From assembly GCA_964631935.1 (NCBI GenBank), contig CAZWAV010000002.1, positions 39,058-103,057 on the forward strand: DNA of 64,000 nt, given 5' to 3'. Made by a program: the position numbers and the translations under genes. Of the stretch, positions 20,296 through 29,484 are shown in pieces. Every line of letters starts with the position of its first letter. Position 1 is the stretch's first letter. This DNA is from an uncultured Candidatus Saccharibacteria bacterium. Its GTDB lineage: Bacteria; Patescibacteriota; Minisyncoccia; Phycocordibacterales; UBA9973. Under the pieces are notes generated by a model. It made no database searches and was not told the origin of the DNA. It saw only the letters and a list, made by a program, of their open reading frames with translations.

Positions 20296-20937
20296 TTATA
20301 TTTCTTCTTCTTTACCTAATTCTAAATTTTTAAAAGTGATTCCAACTTTTGATAGAAAATGATCAGGAATGCTATAAATAAATGTTGCAAATGATTTTAG
20401 TGGTCCATCATGAACTGGGAAACATATTCTTGGCTTGATTTCTTTTGCATAATCAATCGCATCCTTCATCTTCATCCACGGACCTAATACTGGTAATGCC
20501 AATATATCTACTTGTGCATTGGGTGAGTTAAAAGAATCCCCAGGGTAACACAAAGAATCAATCATGTAGCCAGTGTTTTGCACTTGTCCATAATCTTCAT
20601 AAATCTGGGCATGTTTATCTCCAAAACCTTTTATCGAGATTCCTTCAAAATCATAACTTTCTCCGTCTTCAACTTTTATATATTCTATTCCTACGTCTGA
20701 TAACAATTTACCAACGGATGAATTGGAAATAACTTTTGCTTGTGGATTTTCTTTTAAAATTTCTTTTAAAGTATCTATGTGTAAATGATCAGAATGTTCG
20801 TGGGTTATCAATATTAACGAAAGACCTCTTTCTGAAACTGAATCACCACCGTAATTAAAATTACTCGGATCTGTAATTATCCTTTTACCATTAATCTCTA
20901 CAACCATACAGCAATGCCCAAGCTTTTTAATCTTCAT
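20296..20937 (-). CDS. MBL-fold metallo-hydrolase
   Basis: ILITHEHSDHLH (HxHxDH) metallo-beta-lactamase motif. Confidence 0.7.
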   Translation of the reverse strand: MKIKKLGHCCMVVEINGKRIITDPSNFNYGGDSVSERGLSLILITHEHSDHLHIDTLKEILKENPQAKVISNSSVGKLLSDVGIEYIKVEDGESYDFEGISIKGFGDKHAQIYEDYGQVQNTGYMIDSLCYPGDSFNSPNAQVDILALPVLGPWMKMKDAIDYAKEIKPRICFPVHDGPLKSFATFIYSIPDHFLSKVGITFKNLELGKEEEI

Positions 20938-20941
20938 TCTT

Positions 20942-21367
20942 CTATTTTACCATATTTAGGTATTCTTGTGCTTTTTTGAGAGTTTCTTTACGAGTACCAT
21001 ATTGAATAGTCTCAAGTACTTCTAGGTATGTTCCCCATTTATACTGATGAATCTCAGATTCTTGGATTATTACATTTTTATTTTTTACAAATCCTATAAA
21101 GTATTCATTTATCTTAAGTCTTTTCTCTCCATTCTTTGTGATCTCATATTCTTCATTTATTAATGGTACGTCTAGTAACTCAATCTCTGTTATACCTGTC
21201 TCTTCATTAACTTCACGTAAAGCAGTTTCTTTTGGAGTCTCTTTACCCTCATGGTGCCCCTTTGGAAATGTCCAAGAGCCCTCTCTATCATTATGCTGCA
21301 AGATAAGAAATAAATTTTCTTTATCTTTGTACACAACAACTACTCCGTAGCATTGTTCAGTAAGCAT
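20942..21367 (-). CDS. NUDIX hydrolase
   Basis: Nudix box GHHEGKETPKETALREVNEETGI. Confidence 0.8.
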   Translation of the reverse strand: MLTEQCYGVVVVYKDKENLFLILQHNDREGSWTFPKGHHEGKETPKETALREVNEETGITEIELLDVPLINEEYEITKNGEKRLKINEYFIGFVKNKNVIIQESEIHQYKWGTYLEVLETIQYGTRKETLKKAQEYLNMVK

Positions 21368-21371
21368 GTTA

Positions 21372-24300
21372 TTAGAAGTTAATTATAAATATTAATTCAT
21401 CAATTTTTACTTCTGTGCCTTCTGTTTCTTCTATTCTTACTTCTTTTGCTCCGACAGTCTTTAAGAGTTCATCCTTAAAAGTATTTATTATATTTTCGCC
21501 TTCTCCATTTGTTTTAACGGAAAGAGAAATTACATCACTAGGCATTAAACCTTGTTTCTTTCTCATATCCTGAATAGCGCGGACAAGTTCACGATATTGA
21601 CCCTCTTTCTGTAGTTCAGGAGTAATGTTTGTATCAAGCATTAATTCACCAGAAATAATTTCTTTTACATTTAGTTCATCTTTTATAATTTCATAATATT
21701 CTTTATAGTCACCTGATTCGAATGAGAACGATTGTAGAGGTTGTCTAATTTTTAGCCCGGCCTTTTGACGAAGTTCGAGTCCTTTAGTAATAACACTTCG
21801 AACTATTTCCATTTTTTCTACAAGCTTTCCATCGTGCTTTTTAAATTCCGGCCACTCAGATAAATGCACACTCTCAACATCAGTATCATTCTTTAATTTC
21901 TGCCAAATATCTTCGGCAGAAAATGGAGCAAGTGGGGCCATAATCTTCGCGAGATTTTTTAAAACAAAATACAAAGTTTCTTTTGCTTCTTTGTCTCCGT
22001 CCTTTATTCGATCTCGTGAACGGCGGACATACCAAGTCGAGAGATCATCCATGAAGTCACGAATTGCACGTGTTGGCTCAAGGAGTTTGTAACTATCAAG
22101 ATTTTTGATGGTGAGCTCATTCAACTCACTGAGTCTTGAGACAATCCATTTATCCAAAATATTGTCTGATTTTTTATATTCTTTATTCTCTAGATCTTTG
22201 TCTCTATATAGCTCATAGAAAGCGAGCACATTATAGAGTAAATTAAAGACTTTATTATGAAGTTCTGACACAGTCTTCTCATCGAAGTTCTTGCTCTCAC
22301 CTGGCTGGTTTACAGAATACATCCATAGACGAAGAGTATCTACGCCGTACTTCTCTATCATCAGCCATGGGTCGACAATATTACCGAGAGATTTAGACAT
22401 TTTCTTACCTTTCTCATCGAGAATATGACCTAGACAAATGACATTCTTGTAGGCCTTGCCACGTCCTAGTAATACACCTACAGCATGTAGTGTATAGAAC
22501 CATCCACGAGTCTGATCAATAGCTTCTGAAATAAAATCTGCCGGAAAACCTTTACCATCTACCCATTTTTTATTTTCAAATGGATAGTGATCTTGCGCAA
22601 ATGGCATAGCACCTGAATCAAACCATACATCCATAACTTCTTTAACGCGTGTCATTTCTTGGCCGTCTTCATCTACAAGCTTCACTTGATCAATATATGG
22701 TCTATGGAAATCAAGTTCATACTCTTCATTATGAGGAACAGGGATAAATGGCAACGGTCTCATCTCTGCATTTGAAAATCTTTTGAAATCTGAAACGAAT
22801 ACATGAGTATTAGCCACTTGGTATTCTTTGTTGTAAGGAGTGAATAATCCTGCATTTACAAAGAGCACCCAAGCCGGACCACCATGAGTAATGATTAGTA
22901 TATTTTTTCCTTTGTATTTCTCTTCAAGTTCATAGAGAACTCGAGCTGTACGCTTCTGGACATCTTTTAAGGATTCTCCACCACCAATTTTCTGATTGAA
23001 CCAATTTGGTCCTCCATTTTTATATACATACTCATGGTATGCAGTCCAGTTCTTTCCATCAAAGTCTCCCGGATTAACTTCTTTTAATCTTTCATCAAAA
23101 ATAATTTCGTCTTTAGATATACCGAGTGTGTCGGCGACAATTTCCGCAGTCTCTTTTGTGCGAGTAAATGGAGAAGAGATTATTATATCTATATTGTCTT
23201 TCAATTCTTCTTTCGCTTTCTTTAGAACACCTTCTCTTCCTTGTACAGTTAGATTGTCAGTTGCCTGATCTTTATAGCTTACTAATTCTTTTAGATTACC
23301 TTCAGTTCCTCCGTGGCGCATGACAAAATATTTGTTGCCAGACTTTTTAGTCTTTTCTTTTATTTCATCAAGACCTCCGATGACTTCTATAGAACCATCA
23401 GCTCTCTGCCATATTGGAAGTGGTGTACCCCAGTATCGCTCACGAGAAATAGCCCAATCTTTAATATCTTTTAGCCATTCACCAAATCGTCCATCACGGA
23501 TATGTGATGGTTCCCAATTGATACTTTGATTTTCTTTTATCAACTGCTTCTTTATATGCTCATCAGACATTCGTATGTACCATGAATCACGTGCGTAGTA
23601 GATGAGTGGAGTTTTACAACGCCAGCAATGTGGATATGAGTGTTCATATTTTTCTTTCTTAAAAAGCAATCCTCTGTGAGCTAAGTCTTTAATAATATCA
23701 ACAGCAACTTCTTCATCTTTCACAAACCTTCCTTCCAAGAAATCAGTTCCTTTTACGAAATGCCCTGCATCATCTACCGTGTGGAACTTTGGTAGTCTAA
23801 CCGCTGTACCAAGCTCAAAGTCATCCTGACCATACATAACGGCAGTGTGTACAATCCCCGTACCATCAGTCGTATTCACGAAATCCGCAACATAGACTTT
23901 GTATGCATTTTGTAATTTCTCATCACTCTTATCGAGTTCCGCAAGGTATGTATATAGTGGTTCGTATTCCATACCTAACATTTCGCTACCTTTATGCTCC
24001 GCTACTATTTCATAATCTTCGGTTATTATAGAGAGTCTTTCTTTGGCTAGAACTAAAATCTCATTACCAACTTTTGCTTCCACATATATAATATCCTTAC
24101 CGACTGCGAGAGCTACGTTGCCAGGCAATGTCCATGGAGTAGTAGTCCATGCTAGAAAATATCCATTTTCAACTCCTTTGATTTTAAATTTCGCAGTTAC
24201 CGATAGATCTTTATCATCCTGGTAACCTTGCGCAAGTTCGTGCGACGAAAGAGCGGTACCGCATCGTGGGCACCATGGAACTACTTTGTAATCTTTATAT

Positions 24301-24818
24301 AAAAGTTTCTTTTTATTTACTTCCTTAAGTACATTCCAAACTGATTCAATATATTCATTGTGGTAAGTCACATAAGGATTCTCCTGATCCACCCAGTAAC
24401 CAATGCGCTTGGTGAATTTATTCCAGACATCAAGATACTCCCAGACAGACTCTTTACATTCTTTATTAAACTTCGCAATTCCGTATTCTTCAATCATTTT
24501 CTTGGAGTTGAGTCCAAGTTTCTTCTCAACCTGTAGTTCTACTGGAAGACCATGTGTATCCCATCCACCCTTACGGCGCACATGATAACCACGCATGGTC
24601 TTGTAGCGAGGAATAGCATCTTTGAAAGCACGCGCTTCCAAGTGATGAATCCCCGGCTTTCCATTGGCAGTCGGTGGACCTTCATAAAATACAAATTCTT
24701 CTTTGCCTTCAGATTGGGTAAGTGATTTTGAAAAAGTGTCATTCTCTTTCCAGAATTCTAAAACTCGCTCTTCACGAAGTGCCGCCTCTGATTTTTTGTT
24801 TTCTTTTTCTTCTTGCAT
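21372..24818 (-). CDS. ileS: isoleucyl-tRNA synthetase (type 2) with an in-frame inserted histidine-phosphatase domain
   Basis: HIGH (PGIHHLEA), editing domain, WAISRERYWGTPLPIW, KMSKS. A ~230-aa insertion (aa ~471-702) between WGTPLPIW and DFHRPYID carries RHGGTEGN, SSPFTRTKETA, DERLKEVNPGDFDGKNW and ITHGG. Confidence 0.9.
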   Translation of the reverse strand: MQEEKENKKSEAALREERVLEFWKENDTFSKSLTQSEGKEEFVFYEGPPTANGKPGIHHLEARAFKDAIPRYKTMRGYHVRRKGGWDTHGLPVELQVEKKLGLNSKKMIEEYGIAKFNKECKESVWEYLDVWNKFTKRIGYWVDQENPYVTYHNEYIESVWNVLKEVNKKKLLYKDYKVVPWCPRCGTALSSHELAQGYQDDKDLSVTAKFKIKGVENGYFLAWTTTPWTLPGNVALAVGKDIIYVEAKVGNEILVLAKERLSIITEDYEIVAEHKGSEMLGMEYEPLYTYLAELDKSDEKLQNAYKVYVADFVNTTDGTGIVHTAVMYGQDDFELGTAVRLPKFHTVDDAGHFVKGTDFLEGRFVKDEEVAVDIIKDLAHRGLLFKKEKYEHSYPHCWRCKTPLIYYARDSWYIRMSDEHIKKQLIKENQSINWEPSHIRDGRFGEWLKDIKDWAISRERYWGTPLPIWQRADGSIEVIGGLDEIKEKTKKSGNKYFVMRHGGTEGNLKELVSYKDQATDNLTVQGREGVLKKAKEELKDNIDIIISSPFTRTKETAEIVADTLGISKDEIIFDERLKEVNPGDFDGKNWTAYHEYVYKNGGPNWFNQKIGGGESLKDVQKRTARVLYELEEKYKGKNILIITHGGPAWVLFVNAGLFTPYNKEYQVANTHVFVSDFKRFSNAEMRPLPFIPVPHNEEYELDFHRPYIDQVKLVDEDGQEMTRVKEVMDVWFDSGAMPFAQDHYPFENKKWVDGKGFPADFISEAIDQTRGWFYTLHAVGVLLGRGKAYKNVICLGHILDEKGKKMSKSLGNIVDPWLMIEKYGVDTLRLWMYSVNQPGESKNFDEKTVSELHNKVFNLLYNVLAFYELYRDKDLENKEYKKSDNILDKWIVSRLSELNELTIKNLDSYKLLEPTRAIRDFMDDLSTWYVRRSRDRIKDGDKEAKETLYFVLKNLAKIMAPLAPFSAEDIWQKLKNDTDVESVHLSEWPEFKKHDGKLVEKMEIVRSVITKGLELRQKAGLKIRQPLQSFSFESGDYKEYYEIIKDELNVKEIISGELMLDTNITPELQKEGQYRELVRAIQDMRKKQGLMPSDVISLSVKTNGEGENIINTFKDELLKTVGAKEVRIEETEGTEVKIDELIFIINF

Positions 24819-24920
24819 ATATTTTATTTAAAATTGAGCAAATTATTTTATTTCCGAGCTGGTCTGGTGACTTCCCCCGAGGACCCGAGGAAAGAATATA
24901 ATTTGCGAAATTGGATAATT

Positions 24921-25100
24921 AAAAAACTCGTCCACGTACAACAATCATAATAATTGCTATACAAGGACGAGTTTCTCGTGGTACCACCTTGCTTACTTCT
25001 CATTTTATAGGGCTCTACTCCCTTTAAAGGTTTCTTCCCAATGCTCCGAGGTGATAGCCTCTTCAACGCATGTACACTAAGGATACCTACAAAATACAAA
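24921..25100 (-). promoter_or_regulatory. T-box riboswitch leader (Ile specifier AUC) controlling ileS
   Basis: On the minus strand: specifier-like GGCU-AUC-A-CCUCGG; T-box sequence AAGCAAGGUGGUACCACGAG; antiterminator CAAGG[UGGUACC]ACGAG-AAA-CUCGU-CCUUG; overlapping terminator ACUCGUCC...GGACGAGU followed by UUUUUU. Confidence 0.6.
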
Positions 25101-25112
25101 AAATGCAATATT

Positions 25113-25147
25113 AAAAAAATAAGGATATTCCTTGCGGTTTATCCTTA
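25113..25147 (-). terminator. hairpin terminator downstream of argS (and the small ORF)
   Basis: Minus strand: AAGGATAaaccgcaaggaaTATCCTT followed by a T-run. Confidence 0.4.
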
Positions 25148-25155
25148 TCAATATC

Positions 25156-25323
25156 TCAATAAATGTAATGATTAATATTTACAAAAAATGAGCTTACTTG
25201 TTTTACTACTCCAAAAAGTAAAGAGACGAGGTAAGATACTCCTAAGTAAGTAATCAATACACCAGAGAGATTAATACATGCAATAATTACATGGTCTGTT
25301 ATTGTTTTTTCAATACTACTCAT
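25156..25323 (-). CDS. possible small hydrophobic protein (55 aa)
   Basis: ATG...TGA ORF MSSIEKTITDHVIIACINLSGVLITYLGVSYLVSLLFGVVKQVSSFFVNINHYIY lying between the argS stop and its terminator; below the ORF-track size cutoff; no clear RBS. Confidence 0.25.
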   Translation of the reverse strand: MSSIEKTITDHVIIACINLSGVLITYLGVSYLVSLLFGVVKQVSSFFVNINHYIY

Positions 25324-25376
25324 GGTACTAAAATTTATGTTAGTACTATACGCTTCCTCATTTAAAAAGCAATGTA

Positions 25377-27086
25377 CTACATCTTTTCTGGAGTTTTGAT
25401 ACCGAGAAGATAGAGACCATTTTTCATGGTCTGATAAAATGCTTCCACGAGCGCTACGCGGTAGTTCGCATATGGATCATTTTTATTAATTATTATTGTA
25501 TTCCCATAGAAAGTATTGAATGCACTCGCAAGCTCAGTAAGATATGTGGCAATATGATGAGGCTCAAGTAGTTCATATGAGCGAGAGACAACTTCCGGGA
25601 ATTGGTAGAGGATTTTCTCGAGTGTTGTGATCTCTGTCGGTATATCTTTATAAGCTATACAAATACCTTCAGCTTCACCTTTGTTTAAAAGAGAGTTCGC
25701 ACGCACTGCTGTATATTGCAAATACGGACCAGAATCTCCTTCAAAAGAAATAGATTTTTCGAAATCATAAATAATATCACCAGTAAGTGAAGACTTCAAA
25801 ATAGAATATTTTACAGCAGAAACACCCACTATATGAGATATGGAATCTTTCTCTTCTTCTGTCAGTTCTCGATCTTTTACTTTCTCACCGACTATATCCA
25901 TAGAATCACGGACAAGTGACTCGCCAGTAACGATGTTACCCTTTCTAGAAGACATCTTGCCAGAAGCAAACTTCATCATACCGTGAGTTATATGCTTCAT
26001 GCGCTTTTCATAATCAGGATGGATGAGCGAAATAGCTTTCGCAACCACTTTCATATATTCACCTTGTTCTATGGCAGTGACGACGATAGAAAGGTCAGGA
26101 TTCTCTTTCTCAAACTTCGTCACAGTGAGGCCTATTTCTTTCGTCTCGTATGTTGGTAAGCCTTTGGAGTTGATGAATACTCTCGTGTGGAGCTTGGGAT
26201 CATATTTCTCGCCGTGGAATACTACAGCGCCATCTGATTCTTCAAATACATTTGGTATATTTTCTCGGACGATTCTCTCACCAAGTGGCGCCATGATACT
26301 CTCAAAGAAATAGTGGTCGAACTTCGTGTCGAGAATTTTATATATTTCTTCAAATGCATCAAGAGTGACTTTCCTTCCCCACTCATATACTTCATTCACT
26401 TTTTTGTCGCTCTTGTCGTAGATTTTTTGGTTTATGGAATCTATTTCCTCTTTTGCAATAGGATCATTATCGTATGCATCACTACCAGCTGCATAGGCTT
26501 CGCCGATGTACTTTGCAAGGACTGACGAAGGAGCAGACATATCTTCGGGCATTCCCATTTTTTGCATACCATAGAACGCTTTGGCTACATGTGGGCCTAC
26601 ATCGCCTTGGTAATTTGCGCGGATAGTTTCTGCTCCAGAGTATTCCATAATACGCGCAATGGACTCGCCGATAGCATTAGTCATAAGGTGGCCTATGTGG
26701 AATGGCTTGAAAGGATTCGGATCTGTATACTCCACCATTATTTTCTTGCCAGAAAGAATACTATTCTTGCCCCAGCTTTCTTTATGTTTAAGAATGTCTT
26801 TAACGCTACTTACAAAAAAATCATGAGACAAGTAGAAGTTTATAAATCCAGCACCAGCGACTTCTATTTTGGAAATTTCTGCAGGTTTTTCTTTCTCGAG
26901 CTCTGATTTTATTTTATCTGCAAGCTCACGAGGATTCGTGCTTACTTGCTTTGCGTACATCAATGCTACATTTGTAGAATAATCACCATGTGTTAATTCA
27001 ACAGGATGCTCGAGTAAAACATCTTTGGCTTCAATATCAAGATTTTTTAATGCATTTTTTATTAAAATTTTTATATTATTTTTCAT
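25377..27086 (-). CDS. argS: arginyl-tRNA synthetase
   Basis: HIGH motif (PFHIGHLMTNAIGES), ArgRS N-terminal add-on domain and DALR anticodon-binding C-terminus; start at MKNNIKI avoids overlap with dut. Confidence 0.9.
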   Translation of the reverse strand: MKNNIKILIKNALKNLDIEAKDVLLEHPVELTHGDYSTNVALMYAKQVSTNPRELADKIKSELEKEKPAEISKIEVAGAGFINFYLSHDFFVSSVKDILKHKESWGKNSILSGKKIMVEYTDPNPFKPFHIGHLMTNAIGESIARIMEYSGAETIRANYQGDVGPHVAKAFYGMQKMGMPEDMSAPSSVLAKYIGEAYAAGSDAYDNDPIAKEEIDSINQKIYDKSDKKVNEVYEWGRKVTLDAFEEIYKILDTKFDHYFFESIMAPLGERIVRENIPNVFEESDGAVVFHGEKYDPKLHTRVFINSKGLPTYETKEIGLTVTKFEKENPDLSIVVTAIEQGEYMKVVAKAISLIHPDYEKRMKHITHGMMKFASGKMSSRKGNIVTGESLVRDSMDIVGEKVKDRELTEEEKDSISHIVGVSAVKYSILKSSLTGDIIYDFEKSISFEGDSGPYLQYTAVRANSLLNKGEAEGICIAYKDIPTEITTLEKILYQFPEVVSRSYELLEPHHIATYLTELASAFNTFYGNTIIINKNDPYANYRVALVEAFYQTMKNGLYLLGIKTPEKM

Positions 27087-27087
27087 C

Positions 27088-27519
27088 TTATTTATGCCCA
27101 GTCGTACCAAAACCACCACGACTCTCTTCTTTCATCTTATCAACTTCTTCCCATTCTGCGGTGTCTATCTTCACAAAGGCTCCTTGCCCAATCCTTTCAC
27201 CTTTTTCTACCTTAACTTCAGCATCCGTCATATTATAGACTTGTAGCAAAATTTCATCTAATTCTCCGTGGTAATCATTATCTATATACCCTGTGGTAAC
27301 TAGCAGACCCTTTTTCTTCAAAGTACTTGATCGATCCTTAATCTCGAGCATGTAACCTTTGGGAATTTCTACTATGATGTTCGTTGGTAAACGTTCCAAT
27401 GTTTTGGGTAAAATAACAACATCAATACGTGAGTATAAGTCAAAAGCAACAGCTCCTGATGTCTGGTATTCTGGCAGTGGTAAAGCGTTATCTATCCTTT
27501 TAATTTTGACTTTCACCAT
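27088..27519 (-). CDS. dut: dUTP diphosphatase
   Basis: 143 aa; SGAVAFDLYS, GLLVTTGYIDNDYHGEL, C-terminal RGGFGTTG. Confidence 0.9.
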   Translation of the reverse strand: MVKVKIKRIDNALPLPEYQTSGAVAFDLYSRIDVVILPKTLERLPTNIIVEIPKGYMLEIKDRSSTLKKKGLLVTTGYIDNDYHGELDEILLQVYNMTDAEVKVEKGERIGQGAFVKIDTAEWEEVDKMKEESRGGFGTTGHK

Positions 27520-27605
27520 ATAAATATAACATATATGTCTTGCGTTCTTTAGTTTGACAAAAATGACTTTTGATGATAAATTAAGGATTCAAAAAATGAT
27601 CTTTT

Positions 27606-27815
27606 ATGTCAATAACAATTATTGAAGTCCCGATCGTTAAACATTGTGTTAATTGCGATAAAAGCACTGAAACTGGTAACCCTGAAAAATCACTTGATTG
27701 TCTAAGCAATGCAGGCAAAAAACAATTTGGTAAAAACGCAGGTGGTGATGAGTGTGCAAAAACATGCAGAAGTTTCCAGGAGCTAAACCAATTTAGTACA
27801 AATGGATTGAAGTAG
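27606..27815 (+). CDS. small Cys-rich hypothetical protein
   Basis: 69-aa ORF with 5 Cys; no homology signal; weak. Confidence 0.2.
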   Translation: MSITIIEVPIVKHCVNCDKSTETGNPEKSLDCLSNAGKKQFGKNAGGDECAKTCRSFQELNQFSTNGLK

Positions 27816-27834
27816 AAGGGGGCAAAATTATTTT

Positions 27835-27866
27835 ATGAAGCTATTACCGTAATGGAATAGCTTCAT
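27835..27866. terminator. bidirectional hairpin terminator
   Basis: atgaagctatt-accgtaatgg-aatagcttcat with flanking T/A runs; abuts the tmk stop. Confidence 0.5.
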
Positions 27867-28562
27867 TTATTTTTTAAGTAGAAGTTTTACTTTCTTATAT
27901 ACTTCTTCGTGGATAGATTCACGAGATAAGATTTGATTTTTCACTGAGCAATCAATTTTTAGGAAATTCTTCTGAGTTTTTGCAAGCCATAATGCACTCT
28001 TGTGAGAATTCTCTATATACTCCATGTCCTTTTCAACTAGGTCTTTTTTATTTCCTAAATAGGATCGTACAGAATTCTTGTTTCTTTCTTTCATTAAAGA
28101 TTTAGATAATTTAACAGGCAGGTCTAAGTAAAAAACTATATTAGGTTTTGGAATTTTGAAAACCTTGTATTCCATTTCGTCGAGCCAATCTATAAATGCC
28201 TGGCGTTTCTTTGCGCTTTTTATCTTGCCTCCTTGGTGAATTTGGTTGGCGCTGACATAGCGGTTCGCAATGACTATATACCCTTTATCAAGCCAACATT
28301 CTATCTCATCTTTAGATTCGAATCGATCTGCCGCATAGAGCACCGATGCAATTTTCGGATGCACTTTCACGAAATTATAATATTGTTCAGATAAGCAGTG
28401 ACCAATAAATTTACCAAAGAAATTTTTGTAGTATTCTGGAAAATCCACAGTCTTTACTGTATAGCCATCTTTCTTTAAATGATTAACTAAAAGGCCGACC
28501 TGAGTCGCCTTCCCTGATCCATCAGTACCATCTATAACTATAAATTTCCCTTTTTTCTGCAT
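27867..28562 (-). CDS. tmk: thymidylate kinase
   Basis: P-loop GKFIVIDGTDGSGKATQ at the N-terminus; DRY-like FESKDEIE / lid region. Confidence 0.9.
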   Translation of the reverse strand: MQKKGKFIVIDGTDGSGKATQVGLLVNHLKKDGYTVKTVDFPEYYKNFFGKFIGHCLSEQYYNFVKVHPKIASVLYAADRFESKDEIECWLDKGYIVIANRYVSANQIHQGGKIKSAKKRQAFIDWLDEMEYKVFKIPKPNIVFYLDLPVKLSKSLMKERNKNSVRSYLGNKKDLVEKDMEYIENSHKSALWLAKTQKNFLKIDCSVKNQILSRESIHEEVYKKVKLLLKK

Positions 28563-28598
28563 AGACCGATTATATCATTTTTCATTGATCGATCTATT

Positions 28599-29075
28599 AT
28601 GTTAAATAAAATAGAGTATAATAAGGATATGTCAATAAACACACCTCCAACACTTGAAGAACTAAGGCAACTAAGGAAGCCTTTAATAGATATAAATAAA
28701 AGCCACAGAGAAAGACTATCTAAGCTTGATAAATTGGCAATGTTTGTGACAAATAAAGTTGGTACCATGGGGTTCTTTTTTATTATTGTCACATGGACAA
28801 TATGTTGGCTAGCCTGGAATACTCTTGGCCCTGTAGAACTTCAATTTGATCCATTCCCTGCATTTGTTATGTGGCTCTTCATTTCAAACATGATACAGAT
28901 CATGCTCATGCCCCTAATCATGATCGGGCAGAATCTCCAGAGTAAGCACTCTGAAATCCGAGCTGAACATGAATACGAGACTAGTATTAAATCAGAACGA
29001 GAAATAGAAGTAATTCTTCAACACTTAGAAAATCAGAATCAAATTCTGTCTGAATTATCGGGGAAAATTAAATAA
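28599..29075 (+). CDS. DUF1003-family membrane protein
   Basis: 158 aa; two TM helices around FDPFPFAFV..., C-terminal coiled region; typical DUF1003 layout. Confidence 0.5.
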   Translation: MLNKIEYNKDMSINTPPTLEELRQLRKPLIDINKSHRERLSKLDKLAMFVTNKVGTMGFFFIIVTWTICWLAWNTLGPVELQFDPFPAFVMWLFISNMIQIMLMPLIMIGQNLQSKHSEIRAEHEYETSIKSEREIEVILQHLENQNQILSELSGKIK

Positions 29076-29077
29076 GG

Positions 29078-29479
29078 CTATTTATCTATACCTAAATCAA
29101 ATCTTTGTATTAGCTCATCTATCTCTTCAAATATCTGGTTCAATTCTTTTCTGTTTTTAAAAATTTTAAGCCTACTAATTATATCGTCGTAAAATCGAAA
29201 TACTGCTTGTACATTTCGATTATTTTGAATTTTTTCAGACAATGATTTTCCTTGTTGTTCTAAAAGTTCACGGTGAGTAAGATATTTATATCCTCGGGAA
29301 ATAGAGACAAGCTCTTTGTCACTAATATCTTCATTATGGCTTTTATAACGAATAGGAACAAATTGATTTTTTGAATCTCCTAACCACAACCAGAATTGAT
29401 TCTCTGTCTCGATATGCTTAACTTTCATATCTTCTTGGCTATTTTCAGGATTAGGTCTTTCAAATTTAGAGAAATCCAT
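29078..29479 (-). CDS. hypothetical protein
   Basis: 133-aa ORF with tight spacing to flanking genes; no motif recognised. Confidence 0.4.
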   Translation of the reverse strand: MDFSKFERPNPENSQEDMKVKHIETENQFWLWLGDSKNQFVPIRYKSHNEDISDKELVSISRGYKYLTHRELLEQQGKSLSEKIQNNRNVQAVFRFYDDIISRLKIFKNRKELNQIFEEIDELIQRFDLGIDK

Positions 29480-29484
29480 ATTAT

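Noticed and set aside
24841-25100. Possible SRP RNA, RNase P RNA or tmRNA in the GC-enriched part of the ileS-argS spacer
   Set aside because: I looked for the SRP domain IV (GGAAGCAGCC-like), RNase P P4 (AGGAAAGUCCGGGCU) and tmRNA (GGGG...tag ORF...CCACCA) hallmarks and none is present. The T-box signature and antiterminator/terminator geometry fit instead.
24848-25108. 86-aa ORF (minus strand) between ileS and argS
   Set aside because: It lies entirely within the region that folds as the T-box leader (specifier, antiterminator, terminator). The peptide is compositionally odd (Cys/Trp/Arg-rich, no motif) and lacks an RBS, so it is best explained as non-coding regulatory RNA.
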